DNA of 64,000 nucleotides from Thermoleophilia bacterium (GTDB lineage: Bacteria > Actinomycetota > Thermoleophilia > Gaiellales > Gaiellaceae): positions 5,490 through 69,489 of the forward strand of contig JAICPI010000004.1 of NCBI GenBank assembly GCA_025929895.1, read 5' to 3'. The position numbers were made by a program, and so were the translations under genes. Position 1 is the first letter of the stretch. The number at the start of each line of letters is the position of its first letter. The notes below the pieces were generated by a model, which was not told the DNA's origin, made no database searches, and saw only the letters and a program-made list of their open reading frames with translations. Shown here one piece after another: positions 1 to 8,591 of the stretch.

Positions 1-218
1 CGGGCGCGCTCGTCCGAGGCTACCGCGGCCAGCCCGCCGCGGACGCCGACGCCGTCGTCGATCTCCTGCACCGCCTCTCGGCGCTCGGCGTGGACGTCCC
101 CGAGGTCGCGGAGCTCGACCTCAACCCCGTGCTCGTCGGCCCCGAAGGCTGCGTCGCCGTCGACGCACGGGTGCGCGTGCGCGAAGCCGCGCCCGCGCCC
201 CGTGCGAAGACGTGGTAG
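1..218 (+). CDS. 3' end of an NDP-forming acyl/acetyl-CoA synthetase-like gene (partial, enters from the left edge)
   Basis: The frame ending at TAG 216-218 reads ...LVRGYRGQPAADADAVVDLLHRLSALGVDVPEVAELDLNPVLVGPEGCVAVDARVRV... I associate this 'RGYRG...ELDLNPV...DARVRV' tail with ADP-forming acyl-CoA synthetases. It is absent from the ORF track because it has no start in the window. Confidence 0.5.
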   Translation, partial: GALVRGYRGQPAADADAVVDLLHRLSALGVDVPEVAELDLNPVLVGPEGCVAVDARVRVREAAPAPRAKTW

Positions 219-1775
219 CTACCGCGCGGCCTCCAGATCCCTGAGCACTGCGCGCAGGGCGTCGGCCCGCTCGGTGAGGACCGCGTGGCCCGCGTGGTCG
301 AGCGTGACCATGCGCTTGCTCGGCGCCTCGAGCTGCTCGAACCACTCGACCGCGAGGTCGTCGCGGGCCGCGAGTTCCGAGGTGCCGCGGAGCATCACGT
401 AGGGCACCTCGAGTCGCTCCACGTCGCGGCGGAAGTCGATCCCCTGCAGCTGCGGGTAGACGACGGCGAAGGTCTCCATCAGCCCGCGCAGCACGTTGAC
501 CTTCTCGACGAGGTCGTACTCGCGGCCGAGAACGCCCCACGGTCCGAGCTCGCGGAAGTGGTCCGCGCCGAGTCGCTCGACGGACGGCAGCAGCTCGTAC
601 TCTGGCGCGAGCAGCTCGTACTGCTCCATGACGTACGCGTTGGCGAAGACGTCGTCGTACGGCGGCTCCCCGAACGAGCGGAGCTTCTCGGCGAGCGTTC
701 CGTCACCGGCCCGCGTCGCGTGCGCGAGCAGGTCGCGGTAGATGCGGACGTCGGTCTCACGCTGGCTGACCATCTGGCCGCCGCCGACGAGCGCGTGGAA
801 GAGGTCCGGACGCCGCTCCGCGGCGAGCACGCCGAGCGTCGAGCCCCACGACGTTCCGGCGAGGTAGATCCGCTCCTCGTCGAAGCGCTCGCGGAGGTAT
901 TCGCTGAGCGCGACCGTGTCGCCGACGATCGAGTCGACCGTGAGCGTCGACGTCGGCTCGAGCGCCGCGTGCGACTTGCCCACGCCCCGCTGGTCCCAGT
1001 CGACCACGACGAAGTCGCGCGCGAGGTCGGCGAACAGGAACCGCGTGAACGGAAGGCCGCTCTGGCCCGGTCCTCCGTGCAGGTAGAGCAGTACCGGGGC
1101 GTCGACGTCGTGCCCGCGGATCGAGATCCACTGGTCGCCGCCCGGGAGGCCGACCTGCTCGAGCGTCGCGATGCTGCCGGCGACCGGCTCGCCGTCCGGG
1201 CGGGTGAGCTCGGCCGTCGTGCCCGGGCGTGCCACGAGCACGACCAGCGCGACGACGATCAGCGTCCCGAGTGCCGCGAACGAGCGGCGAACCCACAGCC
1301 CCGATCCGACACGGCGTCCGGTCCCGGTGAGCCGGCGCGCCTCCGCGGCGCCCGCCGCCACGCCCAGCAGCATCGGCGTGAACGCGAGGAATCCGAAGAA
1401 GCCGCGCCCGAGGAGGAGCGCCAGCACCGCGTACCCGCCGTCGAGCCGAAAGCCGTCGACGGTCGGGCCGTCGACCCCGAGCCAGCGGAGCTCGAACACG
1501 GCCGCGAAGACGACCGGGGCGACCAGCATCGCCCAGCGTGAGCGCAGAGCGAAGCCCGACCCGGCGCCCACGAGGAAGCCCACCGCGATCGCGGTCAGCC
1601 CTTGTCCCGCGGTGATCGGGCCGCGTGGCATCACGAGGACCGCGAGCGCGAGCGCCGCGAGCGCCGGGATCGCGACGGCCGTCGCGATCCGCATCGGACG
1701 GCGATCCCACAGCGGCGCGAGCGCAGCGAGCGGGCTCTTCGAGGCGTAGGACGGGTGTTCGAGCTGTTCGGACAC
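219..1775 (-). CDS. alpha/beta hydrolase (S33 prolyl aminopeptidase-like) with an N-terminal polytopic membrane domain
   Basis: 518 aa. HGGPGQSG oxyanion-type motif and GTSWGS nucleophile elbow (G-x-S-x-G). The first ~190 aa are several hydrophobic helices. GTG start preceded by AAAGGAGAGG. Confidence 0.8.
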   Translation of the reverse strand: MSEQLEHPSYASKSPLAALAPLWDRRPMRIATAVAIPALAALALAVLVMPRGPITAGQGLTAIAVGFLVGAGSGFALRSRWAMLVAPVVFAAVFELRWLGVDGPTVDGFRLDGGYAVLALLLGRGFFGFLAFTPMLLGVAAGAAEARRLTGTGRRVGSGLWVRRSFAALGTLIVVALVVLVARPGTTAELTRPDGEPVAGSIATLEQVGLPGGDQWISIRGHDVDAPVLLYLHGGPGQSGLPFTRFLFADLARDFVVVDWDQRGVGKSHAALEPTSTLTVDSIVGDTVALSEYLRERFDEERIYLAGTSWGSTLGVLAAERRPDLFHALVGGGQMVSQRETDVRIYRDLLAHATRAGDGTLAEKLRSFGEPPYDDVFANAYVMEQYELLAPEYELLPSVERLGADHFRELGPWGVLGREYDLVEKVNVLRGLMETFAVVYPQLQGIDFRRDVERLEVPYVMLRGTSELAARDDLAVEWFEQLEAPSKRMVTLDHAGHAVLTERADALRAVLRDLEAAR

Positions 1776-1795
1776 GAGCCTCTCCTTTCGTATGC

Positions 1796-2509
1796 CTACG
1801 GCCGCCTCGCGCCCACGAGCACCAGCGCGATCCCGCCGACGAAGACGAGCGCGCCGACTCCCGCGAAGGCCGCGCCGAGCCAGTCGAGCAGCCCGAGCTG
1901 CGCGCCGGCCTGCACGCGGACGTCGACCGCACGCGAGCCGTCGGCGTTCATCGCGACGACGGTCCAGTTGCCGGACTCCGCCTCCCAGGTGAGCGTTTGC
2001 TCGCCCGCGCCGACCGTCGAAGCCGCCCAGAAGCGCTGCTCTCCCGGTGCGGTCGGCGGTGCGCCGCCGGCTTGGCGGCCGTACGTCGGTCGCAGCGGGT
2101 CGACGTCCAGGTGGGAGACACGGTCGAGCTCGACGTCCGCGAGGTAGCGCTCGAGGTCGCTCGTTCGCGCGATCCCGACGAAGATCCCGACGTCGGGGTC
2201 GGCGCTCTCCGCGCGGAGGCGGACGCTGCCGAGCACGTCCTCGTCGACGAACCAGCTCCGCCCGTCGCCGAGGTGGATGTCGAGCGGGTCGGTAGTCAGC
2301 GCGTACGAACGCGTCACGAACTGCTCGGTCGACGTGTTGACGTAGCCGGTGTCGTCGCGCTGCGTCCGGTCGATCCAGAGCATCGCGCTGCCGGCCGTCA
2401 GGATCACCGCGCCGACGAAGACTGCGAGGGCGCCGAGCAGGAGCAGGAGCACGCGGCCGGCGTCGCCGCCCCGCGCGGGAACGGCGAGGTCAGGCGTCAC
2501 GGCGGTCAT
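1796..2509 (-). CDS. hypothetical membrane protein (N- and C-terminal TM helices flanking a ~170-aa extracytoplasmic domain)
   Basis: Start trimmed to the internal ATG (MTAVTPD...) of ORF 1796..2821. The upstream part of that ORF is Arg/Ser-rich junk. High GC3 coding look. No family recognised. Confidence 0.55.
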   Translation of the reverse strand: MTAVTPDLAVPARGGDAGRVLLLLLGALAVFVGAVILTAGSAMLWIDRTQRDDTGYVNTSTEQFVTRSYALTTDPLDIHLGDGRSWFVDEDVLGSVRLRAESADPDVGIFVGIARTSDLERYLADVELDRVSHLDVDPLRPTYGRQAGGAPPTAPGEQRFWAASTVGAGEQTLTWEAESGNWTVVAMNADGSRAVDVRVQAGAQLGLLDWLGAAFAGVGALVFVGGIALVLVGARRP

Positions 2510-2642
2510 GGGTATCGCCCCCTTTCTGCTTCGAGTGTCGCGCCCAGGGTCACGTGACGGTGAGGCGCGGGCATCGGGGACTGCCCGGATCGGCGCTGCG
2601 GATCGTCGCCGATTCGCGTCGGGCGCCGGTCGCGCAGAATGG

Positions 2643-3269
2643 ATGCACGTGGCGATCGACGTCTTCGAGCGCGTCGTCTGCAGCACCGGCGGGGCGCACA
2701 CCGCGGCCCTCGCTGCGCGCGTCGTCTCGCCGGGCGGCTCGCTCCACTTCGTCGACGCGGACCGCCTCGATCCGTTCCTGGTCGAGCTCGAGCGGCACGA
2801 CGCGACGCTCGCGGTCGTCAAGCCGCCTCGTCACGGCCGCGTCGCCGGAATCAGGCTCGGCTCGCTGCCGACGCATCTCCTGCACGAGGCCGCGTGCGCG
2901 GTCCTGATCGCGCGCGCGCCGCGCGACCGGGAGACCTGGCCGGAGACGGTCAGCGTCGCGGTCGACGGCTCGCCCTCGTCGGAGGCGGCGTTCCGCGCGG
3001 CCTCGGCGCTCGCGGAGCGCTACGCGGCTAACCTCCGGCCCGTGGTCGCGACGCGTGAGCCGTTCGTCGACCTCGAAGCCGCGCACGCGCTCGTGCCGGG
3101 CCTCGAGGAGCGGGACGAGCGGGTCCTGCACGCGCTGTACGTGCTCTCCGAGGAGTCCGACCTACTGGTCGTGGGGAGCCGCGGGCTGCGCGGCGTCCGT
3201 GCGCTCGGCAGCGTCAGCGAGCGCATCGCCCACGAGGCAGTGAGCCCGGTCCTGGTGGTTCGCGCGTGA
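2643..3269 (+). CDS. universal stress protein (UspA family)
   Basis: C-terminal [33 protein letters not shown] is the USP ATP-binding signature G-x2-G-x9-G(S/T). Start chosen at ATG 2643 (MHVAIDV). The stop overlaps the xfp GTG (GTGA). Confidence 0.75.
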   Translation: MHVAIDVFERVVCSTGGAHTAALAARVVSPGGSLHFVDADRLDPFLVELERHDATLAVVKPPRHGRVAGIRLGSLPTHLLHEAACAVLIARAPRDRETWPETVSVAVDGSPSSEAAFRAASALAERYAANLRPVVATREPFVDLEAAHALVPGLEERDERVLHALYVLSEESDLLVVGSRGLRGVRALGSVSERIAHEAVSPVLVVRA

Positions 3270-5623
3270 GCACCGACGAGCTCCGGTTCCTCGACGCCTA
3301 CTGGCGCGCGGCGAACTACCTCTCCGTGGGGCAGATCTACCTGCTCGACAACCCGCTCCTGCGCGAGCCCCTGACGCTCGAGCACGTGAAGCCGCGGCTG
3401 CTCGGCCACTGGGGCACGACGCCCGGCCTCAACTTCCTCTACGCGCACATGAACCGCGCGATCGTCGCGCGCGACCTGAACGCGATCTTCATCACCGGCC
3501 CTGGACACGGGGGGCCGGCGCTCGTCGCGAACGCGTACCTCGAGGGGACGTACTCCGAGGTCTACCCGCACATCGGACGCGACGAGGAGGGCCTGCGGCG
3601 GCTCTTCCGGCAGTTCTCGTTCCCCGGCGGCGTGCCGAGTCACGTCGCGCCCGAGACGCCGGGCTCGATCCACGAGGGCGGCGAGCTCGGGTACGCGCTC
3701 GTGCACGCATACGGCGCGGCGTTCGACAACCCCGACCTGCTCGTCTGCTGCGTCGTCGGCGATGGGGAGGCGGAGACCGGCCCGCTCGCGGCGAGCTGGC
3801 ACTCGAACAAGTTCCTGCACCCGCAGCGCGACGGCGTCGTCCTGCCGATCCTCCACCTGAACGGCTACAAGATCGCGAACCCGACGGTGCTCGCGCGCAT
3901 CCCGGAGGACGAGCTCCGGGAGCTGCTGCGCGGCTACGGGCACGAGCCGTTCTTCGTCGACGGCGACGAGCCGGAGGCCGCGCACGCGGCGATGGCTGAG
4001 ACGCTCGACCGCGTCCTCGACGAGATCGAGCGCGCCAGGGGCGCCGGTGGGCGCCCCCGCTGGCCGATGATCGTCCTGCGCACGCCGAAGGGCTGGACGG
4101 GCCCCGAGGAGGTCGACGGCCTGCGCACCGAGGGGACCTGGCGCTCGCACCAGGTGCCGCTCGCGCAGCTCGCCGACCGGCCCGAGCACCTCGAGCAGCT
4201 CGAGCAATGGCTGCGAAGCTACCGGGCCGACGAGCTCTTCGACGACTCGGGGGCGCTCCTGCCGGAGCTCGCGGCGCTCGCGCCGACGGGGGAGCGGCGC
4301 ATGGGCGCGAGCCCGCACGCGAACGGCGGCATCCTCCTCCGCGACCTCGACCTGCCCGACTTCCGGGAGTACGCGGTCGACGTCCCGGAGCCTGCGGCCA
4401 CGTCGAGCGAGGCGACGCGGGTGCTAGGCACGTTCCTGCGCGACGTCGTCCGCCGCAACCCCGAGTCGTTCCGGATCTTCGGCCCAGACGAGACCGCGTC
4501 GAACCGCCTCAGCCCGGTGTTCGAGGCAACCGACCGCACGTGGCTCGCCGACCTGGAACCCGGCGACGATCACCTCGGGCCGGACGGCCGCGTCATGGAG
4601 GTGCTGAGCGAGCACCTCTGCCAGGGCTGGCTGGAGGGCTACCTGCTCACCGGCAGGCACGGGCTCTTCAACTGCTACGAGGCGTTCATCCACATCGTCG
4701 ACTCGATGTTCAACCAGCACGCGAAGTGGCTGAAGGTGACGCGCGAGCTCCCGTGGCGACGCCCCATCGCGTCGCTCAACTACCTGCTCACCTCGCACGT
4801 GTGGCGCCAGGACCACAACGGCTTCTCCCACCAGGACCCAGGCTTCATCGACCACGTCGTGAACAAGAAGGCCGAGGTCGTCCGCGTCTACCTCCCGCCG
4901 GACGCGAACACGCTGCTCTCGGTCGCCGACCACTGCCTGCGCTCGCGGGACTACGTGAACGTGATCGTCGCCGGCAAGCAGCCGGCGCTCGACTACCTCC
5001 CGATGGACGAGGCGATCGTGCACTGCACGCGCGGGATCGGGGTCTGGGACTGGGCGTCGAACGACGAGGACGGCGAGCCGGACGTCGTGCTCGCGTGCGC
5101 GGGCGACATCCCCACGCTCGAGACGCTTGCGGCGGTGGCGCTGCTGCGGCAGCACCTCCCGGACCTGAAGGTGCGGGTCGTCAACGTCGTCGACCTGATG
5201 CGGCTCCAGCCGGAGAGCGAGCACCCGCACGGGCTCTCGGACGTCGAGTTCGACGCGCTCTTCACGACGAGCAGGCCCGTCGTCTTCGCCTACCACGGCT
5301 ACCCCTGGCTGATCCACCGGTTCACGTACCGCCGCACGAACCATCCGAACCTGCACGTTCGCGGCTACAAGGAGGAGGGAACGACCACGACGCCGTTCGA
5401 CATGGTGATGTTGAACGACATGGACCGCTTCCACCTCGTCATGGACGTGATCGACCGCGTACCGGGGCTCGGGCCGCGCGCCGCGCACGTCCGCCGGCTC
5501 ATGGTCGACGAGCGGCTCCGGCACCGCGCTTACACGCGCGAGTTCGGCGACGACATGCCGGACGTGCGCAACTGGAGCTGGCGGGAAGCGGGACGCGCGC
5601 CGACGGAGTCGCTGAGGCCCTGA
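3266..5623 (+). CDS. xfp: xylulose-5-P/fructose-6-P phosphoketolase
   Basis: 785 aa. N-terminal [18 protein letters not shown]...[19 protein letters not shown] and the TPP-motif region [11 protein letters not shown]. Length is typical of Xfp. Confidence 0.95.
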   Translation: MSTDELRFLDAYWRAANYLSVGQIYLLDNPLLREPLTLEHVKPRLLGHWGTTPGLNFLYAHMNRAIVARDLNAIFITGPGHGGPALVANAYLEGTYSEVYPHIGRDEEGLRRLFRQFSFPGGVPSHVAPETPGSIHEGGELGYALVHAYGAAFDNPDLLVCCVVGDGEAETGPLAASWHSNKFLHPQRDGVVLPILHLNGYKIANPTVLARIPEDELRELLRGYGHEPFFVDGDEPEAAHAAMAETLDRVLDEIERARGAGGRPRWPMIVLRTPKGWTGPEEVDGLRTEGTWRSHQVPLAQLADRPEHLEQLEQWLRSYRADELFDDSGALLPELAALAPTGERRMGASPHANGGILLRDLDLPDFREYAVDVPEPAATSSEATRVLGTFLRDVVRRNPESFRIFGPDETASNRLSPVFEATDRTWLADLEPGDDHLGPDGRVMEVLSEHLCQGWLEGYLLTGRHGLFNCYEAFIHIVDSMFNQHAKWLKVTRELPWRRPIASLNYLLTSHVWRQDHNGFSHQDPGFIDHVVNKKAEVVRVYLPPDANTLLSVADHCLRSRDYVNVIVAGKQPALDYLPMDEAIVHCTRGIGVWDWASNDEDGEPDVVLACAGDIPTLETLAAVALLRQHLPDLKVRVVNVVDLMRLQPESEHPHGLSDVEFDALFTTSRPVVFAYHGYPWLIHRFTYRRTNHPNLHVRGYKEEGTTTTPFDMVMLNDMDRFHLVMDVIDRVPGLGPRAAHVRRLMVDERLRHRAYTREFGDDMPDVRNWSWREAGRAPTESLRP

Positions 5624-5625
5624 CC

Positions 5626-6543
5626 GTGCGCGTGCTCGCCGTCAACGCGGGCTCGACCAGCCTCAAGCTCCACCTCGTCGACGGCGACGATGCGACCCCC
5701 GTCGACGAGCTCGTCGACGCGGACGCGGTCGGTCACCGCGTCGTGCACGGCGGCGCGCGCTTCCGCGAGCCGGTGTCGATCGACGACGACGTCGAGCGGG
5801 CGATCGACGAGCTCTCGGTGATCGCACCGCTGCACAACAGGCCAGCGCTGGACGCGATCCGCGAGGCTCGCCGCGCGCTGCCCGACGTCCCGCACGTCGC
5901 GGTCTTCGACACGGCCTTCCACGCGACGCTGCCGGCGCGGGCGAGCACGTACGCCGTGCCCGAGCGCTGGCGCGAGGCGTGGGGCGTGCGTCGCTACGGG
6001 TTCCACGGGCTCTCGGTCGAGTGGGCCGCGTCGCAGGTGCGCGTCTCGCGGCTCGTCGTCTGCCACCTCGGCGGCGGCTGCTCGATCACGGCCGTGCTCG
6101 ACGGGCGCTCCGTCGACACGACGATGGGGTTCAGCCCGCTCGAGGGGGTGCCGATGGCGACGCGCTCGGGCTCCGTCGACCCCGGCGCGCTCCTGCACCT
6201 CCTGCGCGAGCGCGGGCTCGCCCTCGACGAGCTCGACCACGCGCTCGAGCACCAGTCCGGCCTGCTCGGGCTCGGCGGCTCGACCGATCCACGCGAGCTC
6301 GCGGGGACGCTCGCGCTCGACGTGTACACGTACCGGATCGCCGGTGCCGTCGCGGCGATGGCCGTCGCGCTCGGCGGCCTCGACGCGCTCGCGTTCACCG
6401 GCGGCGTCGGCGAGGGCTCGGCCGAGGTTCGCGACCGCATCGTGAAGCAGCTCGCGTTCCTCGGGGAGTTCGAGGTCCCCGTCGTCCCGGCACGCGAGGA
6501 GCTCGTGATCGCTCGTGCCGTCCGCGCCACGATCGGCCGCTAG
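5626..6543 (+). CDS. ackA: acetate kinase (unusually short, 305 aa)
   Basis: VRVLAVNAGSTSLKL, GHRVVHGG, APLHNRPAL, VAVFDTAFHATLP, YGFHGLS, CHLGGGCS, GFSPLEGVPMATRSGSVDPG, FTGGVGE and REELVIAR motifs all occur in order. GTG start lies 2 nt after the xfp stop. Confidence 0.85.
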   Translation: MRVLAVNAGSTSLKLHLVDGDDATPVDELVDADAVGHRVVHGGARFREPVSIDDDVERAIDELSVIAPLHNRPALDAIREARRALPDVPHVAVFDTAFHATLPARASTYAVPERWREAWGVRRYGFHGLSVEWAASQVRVSRLVVCHLGGGCSITAVLDGRSVDTTMGFSPLEGVPMATRSGSVDPGALLHLLRERGLALDELDHALEHQSGLLGLGGSTDPRELAGTLALDVYTYRIAGAVAAMAVALGGLDALAFTGGVGEGSAEVRDRIVKQLAFLGEFEVPVVPAREELVIARAVRATIGR

Positions 6544-8552
6544 CCCGGCCGCAGGTCGAGTCGGCGCAGGAGCTGTGCGTTGAGCGCGACGACGATCGTC
6601 GAGAGGCTCATCAGCAGCGCACCCACTGCGGGAGGCAGCGTCACGCCCCACGGGGCGAGCGCGCCGGCCGCGAGCGGAATCGCGAGGAGGTTGTAGCCGG
6701 CCGCCCAGCCGAGGTTCTGGAGCATCTTGCGGTAGCTCGCGCGCGACAGCTCGATCACGCCGACGACCGCGCGCGGATCGTCCGAGGCGAGGATCACCCC
6801 CGCCGATTCGATCGCGACGTCGGTGCCCGCGCCGATCGCGATCCCGACATCCGCGCGGGCGAGGGCAGGTGCGTCGTTGACACCGTCCCCGACCATCGCG
6901 ACGCGACGTCCCTGCGCCTGCAGCTCGCGGACGTGCCGCTCCTTGTCCTCCGGGAGCACCTCGGCGAACACCTGGTCGATGCCGAGCTCCGCGGCGACGG
7001 CGTCGGCGACTTGCCGCGCGTCGCCCGTGATCATCGCCACCTCGAGTCCGAGCTCGTGTAGGCGGTCGACCGCCTCGCGCGCCTGCGGCCGGACCCGGTC
7101 CTCGACCGCGAACGCGCCTGCGACCTCGCCGTCCTGTACGAGGTAGAGCACGGACGCACCGCGCTCGCGCCAAGGCTCTGTCTCGCGCTCGACCTCGTCG
7201 CCGACCCGGAGGCGGCGCTCGCGCAGGAGCCCGGGTCCGCCGACGGCGACGCGCACGCCGTGGACGGACGCCTCCACGCCCCTGCCGCTCATCGAACGGA
7301 AGCCGGTCGCGGCGGGGATCGCGCCGCGTTCCTGCGCGGCGTGCACGATCGCGCGCGCGAGCGGGTGCTCGCTCGCCGTCTCGACGGACGCCGCCGTCGC
7401 GAGCGCCGCGTCGGCGTCGGGGCCCGCCACGCCGGTGACGACGTGCTCGCCGCGCGTGAGCGTCCCGGTCTTGTCGAAGAGCACCACGTCGACGAGGCGG
7501 CTGCGCTCGAGGCTGAGCCGGTCCTTGACGAGGATGCCGTTGCGCGCCGACAGCGAGGTCGAGATCGCGATCACGAGCGGGATCGCCAGCCCGAGCGCGT
7601 GCGGGCACGAGATCACGAGGACGGTGACGCTGCTGATCACGCCCGTGTCCACGTCGTCGAGCAGCGACCAAGCGGCGAAGGTGACGATCGCGGCTCCGAC
7701 GGCGACATAGAAGAGCACGGCGGCCGCACGGTCGGCCAGAGCCTGCGTGCGGGAGCGCGACTCCTGTGCCTCGGCGACGAGCCGCTGGATGCCGGCAAGC
7801 GCGGTCTCCTCGCCGACCGCCGTCACGCGTACCCTGAGCGCCGAGTCGGTCGCCACCGTGCCTGCGGTGACCGAGTCGCCGACGCCTTTCGCGACGGGCT
7901 TCGACTCGCCGGTGATCATCGACTCGTCGAGCTCCGCCGCGCCGTCGACGATCTCGCCGTCGGCCGGCACGCGCCCGCCCGGCCGAACGAGGACGACGTC
8001 GCCGGACCGGAGCTCGGCGAGCGAGACGCGTACCATCTCCTCGTCGAGCACGCGCTCGGCCTCGTCGGGGAGCAGCTCGGCGAGCGCGGTCAGCGCACCG
8101 CGCGCCTGGCCGAGCGCGCGCAACTCCTGCCAGTGGCCGAGGAGCATCACGACGACGAGGGCGGCGAGCTCCCACCAGAACTCGAGCTCGAACAGTTCGA
8201 GCGACGACGCCGCGCTCGACACGAAGGCGACCGTGATCGCGAGCGAGACGAGCAGCATCATCCCCGGAGCCCGTCGCTGCAGCTCCGACCACGCGGCCTG
8301 GAGGAAGACGGCACCCCCGTAGAGGTAGATCGCAGTGCCGAGCACGGGCGGCACGGCGCCGTCGCCCGGGAACGCGGGGGCCGAGTACCCGAACCAGTCC
8401 TGGACCATCTCGCTGTAGACGACGACCGGGACCGCCAGGATCAGCGTGATCCAGAAGCGCCGCCGGTAGAGCTCCGCGTGCCCGGCGTGCTCGAGATGCT
8501 CGTGCGCCCCGCCGGCGTCGTCGAGCTCGTGGTGATGGCCGGGTGCGTGCAC
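6540..8552 (-). CDS. copB: P1B-type heavy-metal (copper) translocating ATPase, CopB-like (P1B-3)
   Basis: 670 aa. His-rich N-terminus (HAPGHHHELDDAGGAHEHLEHAGH), TM4 CPH motif (SCPHALGLAIP), DKTGTLT, MITGD, GDGVNDAP, and MSLST in the last TM. GGAG lies 5 nt before the GTG start. Confidence 0.9.
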   Translation of the reverse strand: MHAPGHHHELDDAGGAHEHLEHAGHAELYRRRFWITLILAVPVVVYSEMVQDWFGYSAPAFPGDGAVPPVLGTAIYLYGGAVFLQAAWSELQRRAPGMMLLVSLAITVAFVSSAASSLELFELEFWWELAALVVVMLLGHWQELRALGQARGALTALAELLPDEAERVLDEEMVRVSLAELRSGDVVLVRPGGRVPADGEIVDGAAELDESMITGESKPVAKGVGDSVTAGTVATDSALRVRVTAVGEETALAGIQRLVAEAQESRSRTQALADRAAAVLFYVAVGAAIVTFAAWSLLDDVDTGVISSVTVLVISCPHALGLAIPLVIAISTSLSARNGILVKDRLSLERSRLVDVVLFDKTGTLTRGEHVVTGVAGPDADAALATAASVETASEHPLARAIVHAAQERGAIPAATGFRSMSGRGVEASVHGVRVAVGGPGLLRERRLRVGDEVERETEPWRERGASVLYLVQDGEVAGAFAVEDRVRPQAREAVDRLHELGLEVAMITGDARQVADAVAAELGIDQVFAEVLPEDKERHVRELQAQGRRVAMVGDGVNDAPALARADVGIAIGAGTDVAIESAGVILASDDPRAVVGVIELSRASYRKMLQNLGWAAGYNLLAIPLAAGALAPWGVTLPPAVGALLMSLSTIVVALNAQLLRRLDLRPG

Positions 8553-8591
8553 GTCGCTCCGGATTGTGGCCCGTGAGGCTCGGCGTCGCGG

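Noticed and set aside
4207-6543. A 778-aa ORF suggesting a large fusion protein ending in acetate kinase.
   Set aside because: The first ~470 codons are an out-of-frame read through xfp (RRRPGR-type junk). Ack motifs begin only at GTG 5626, right after the xfp stop.
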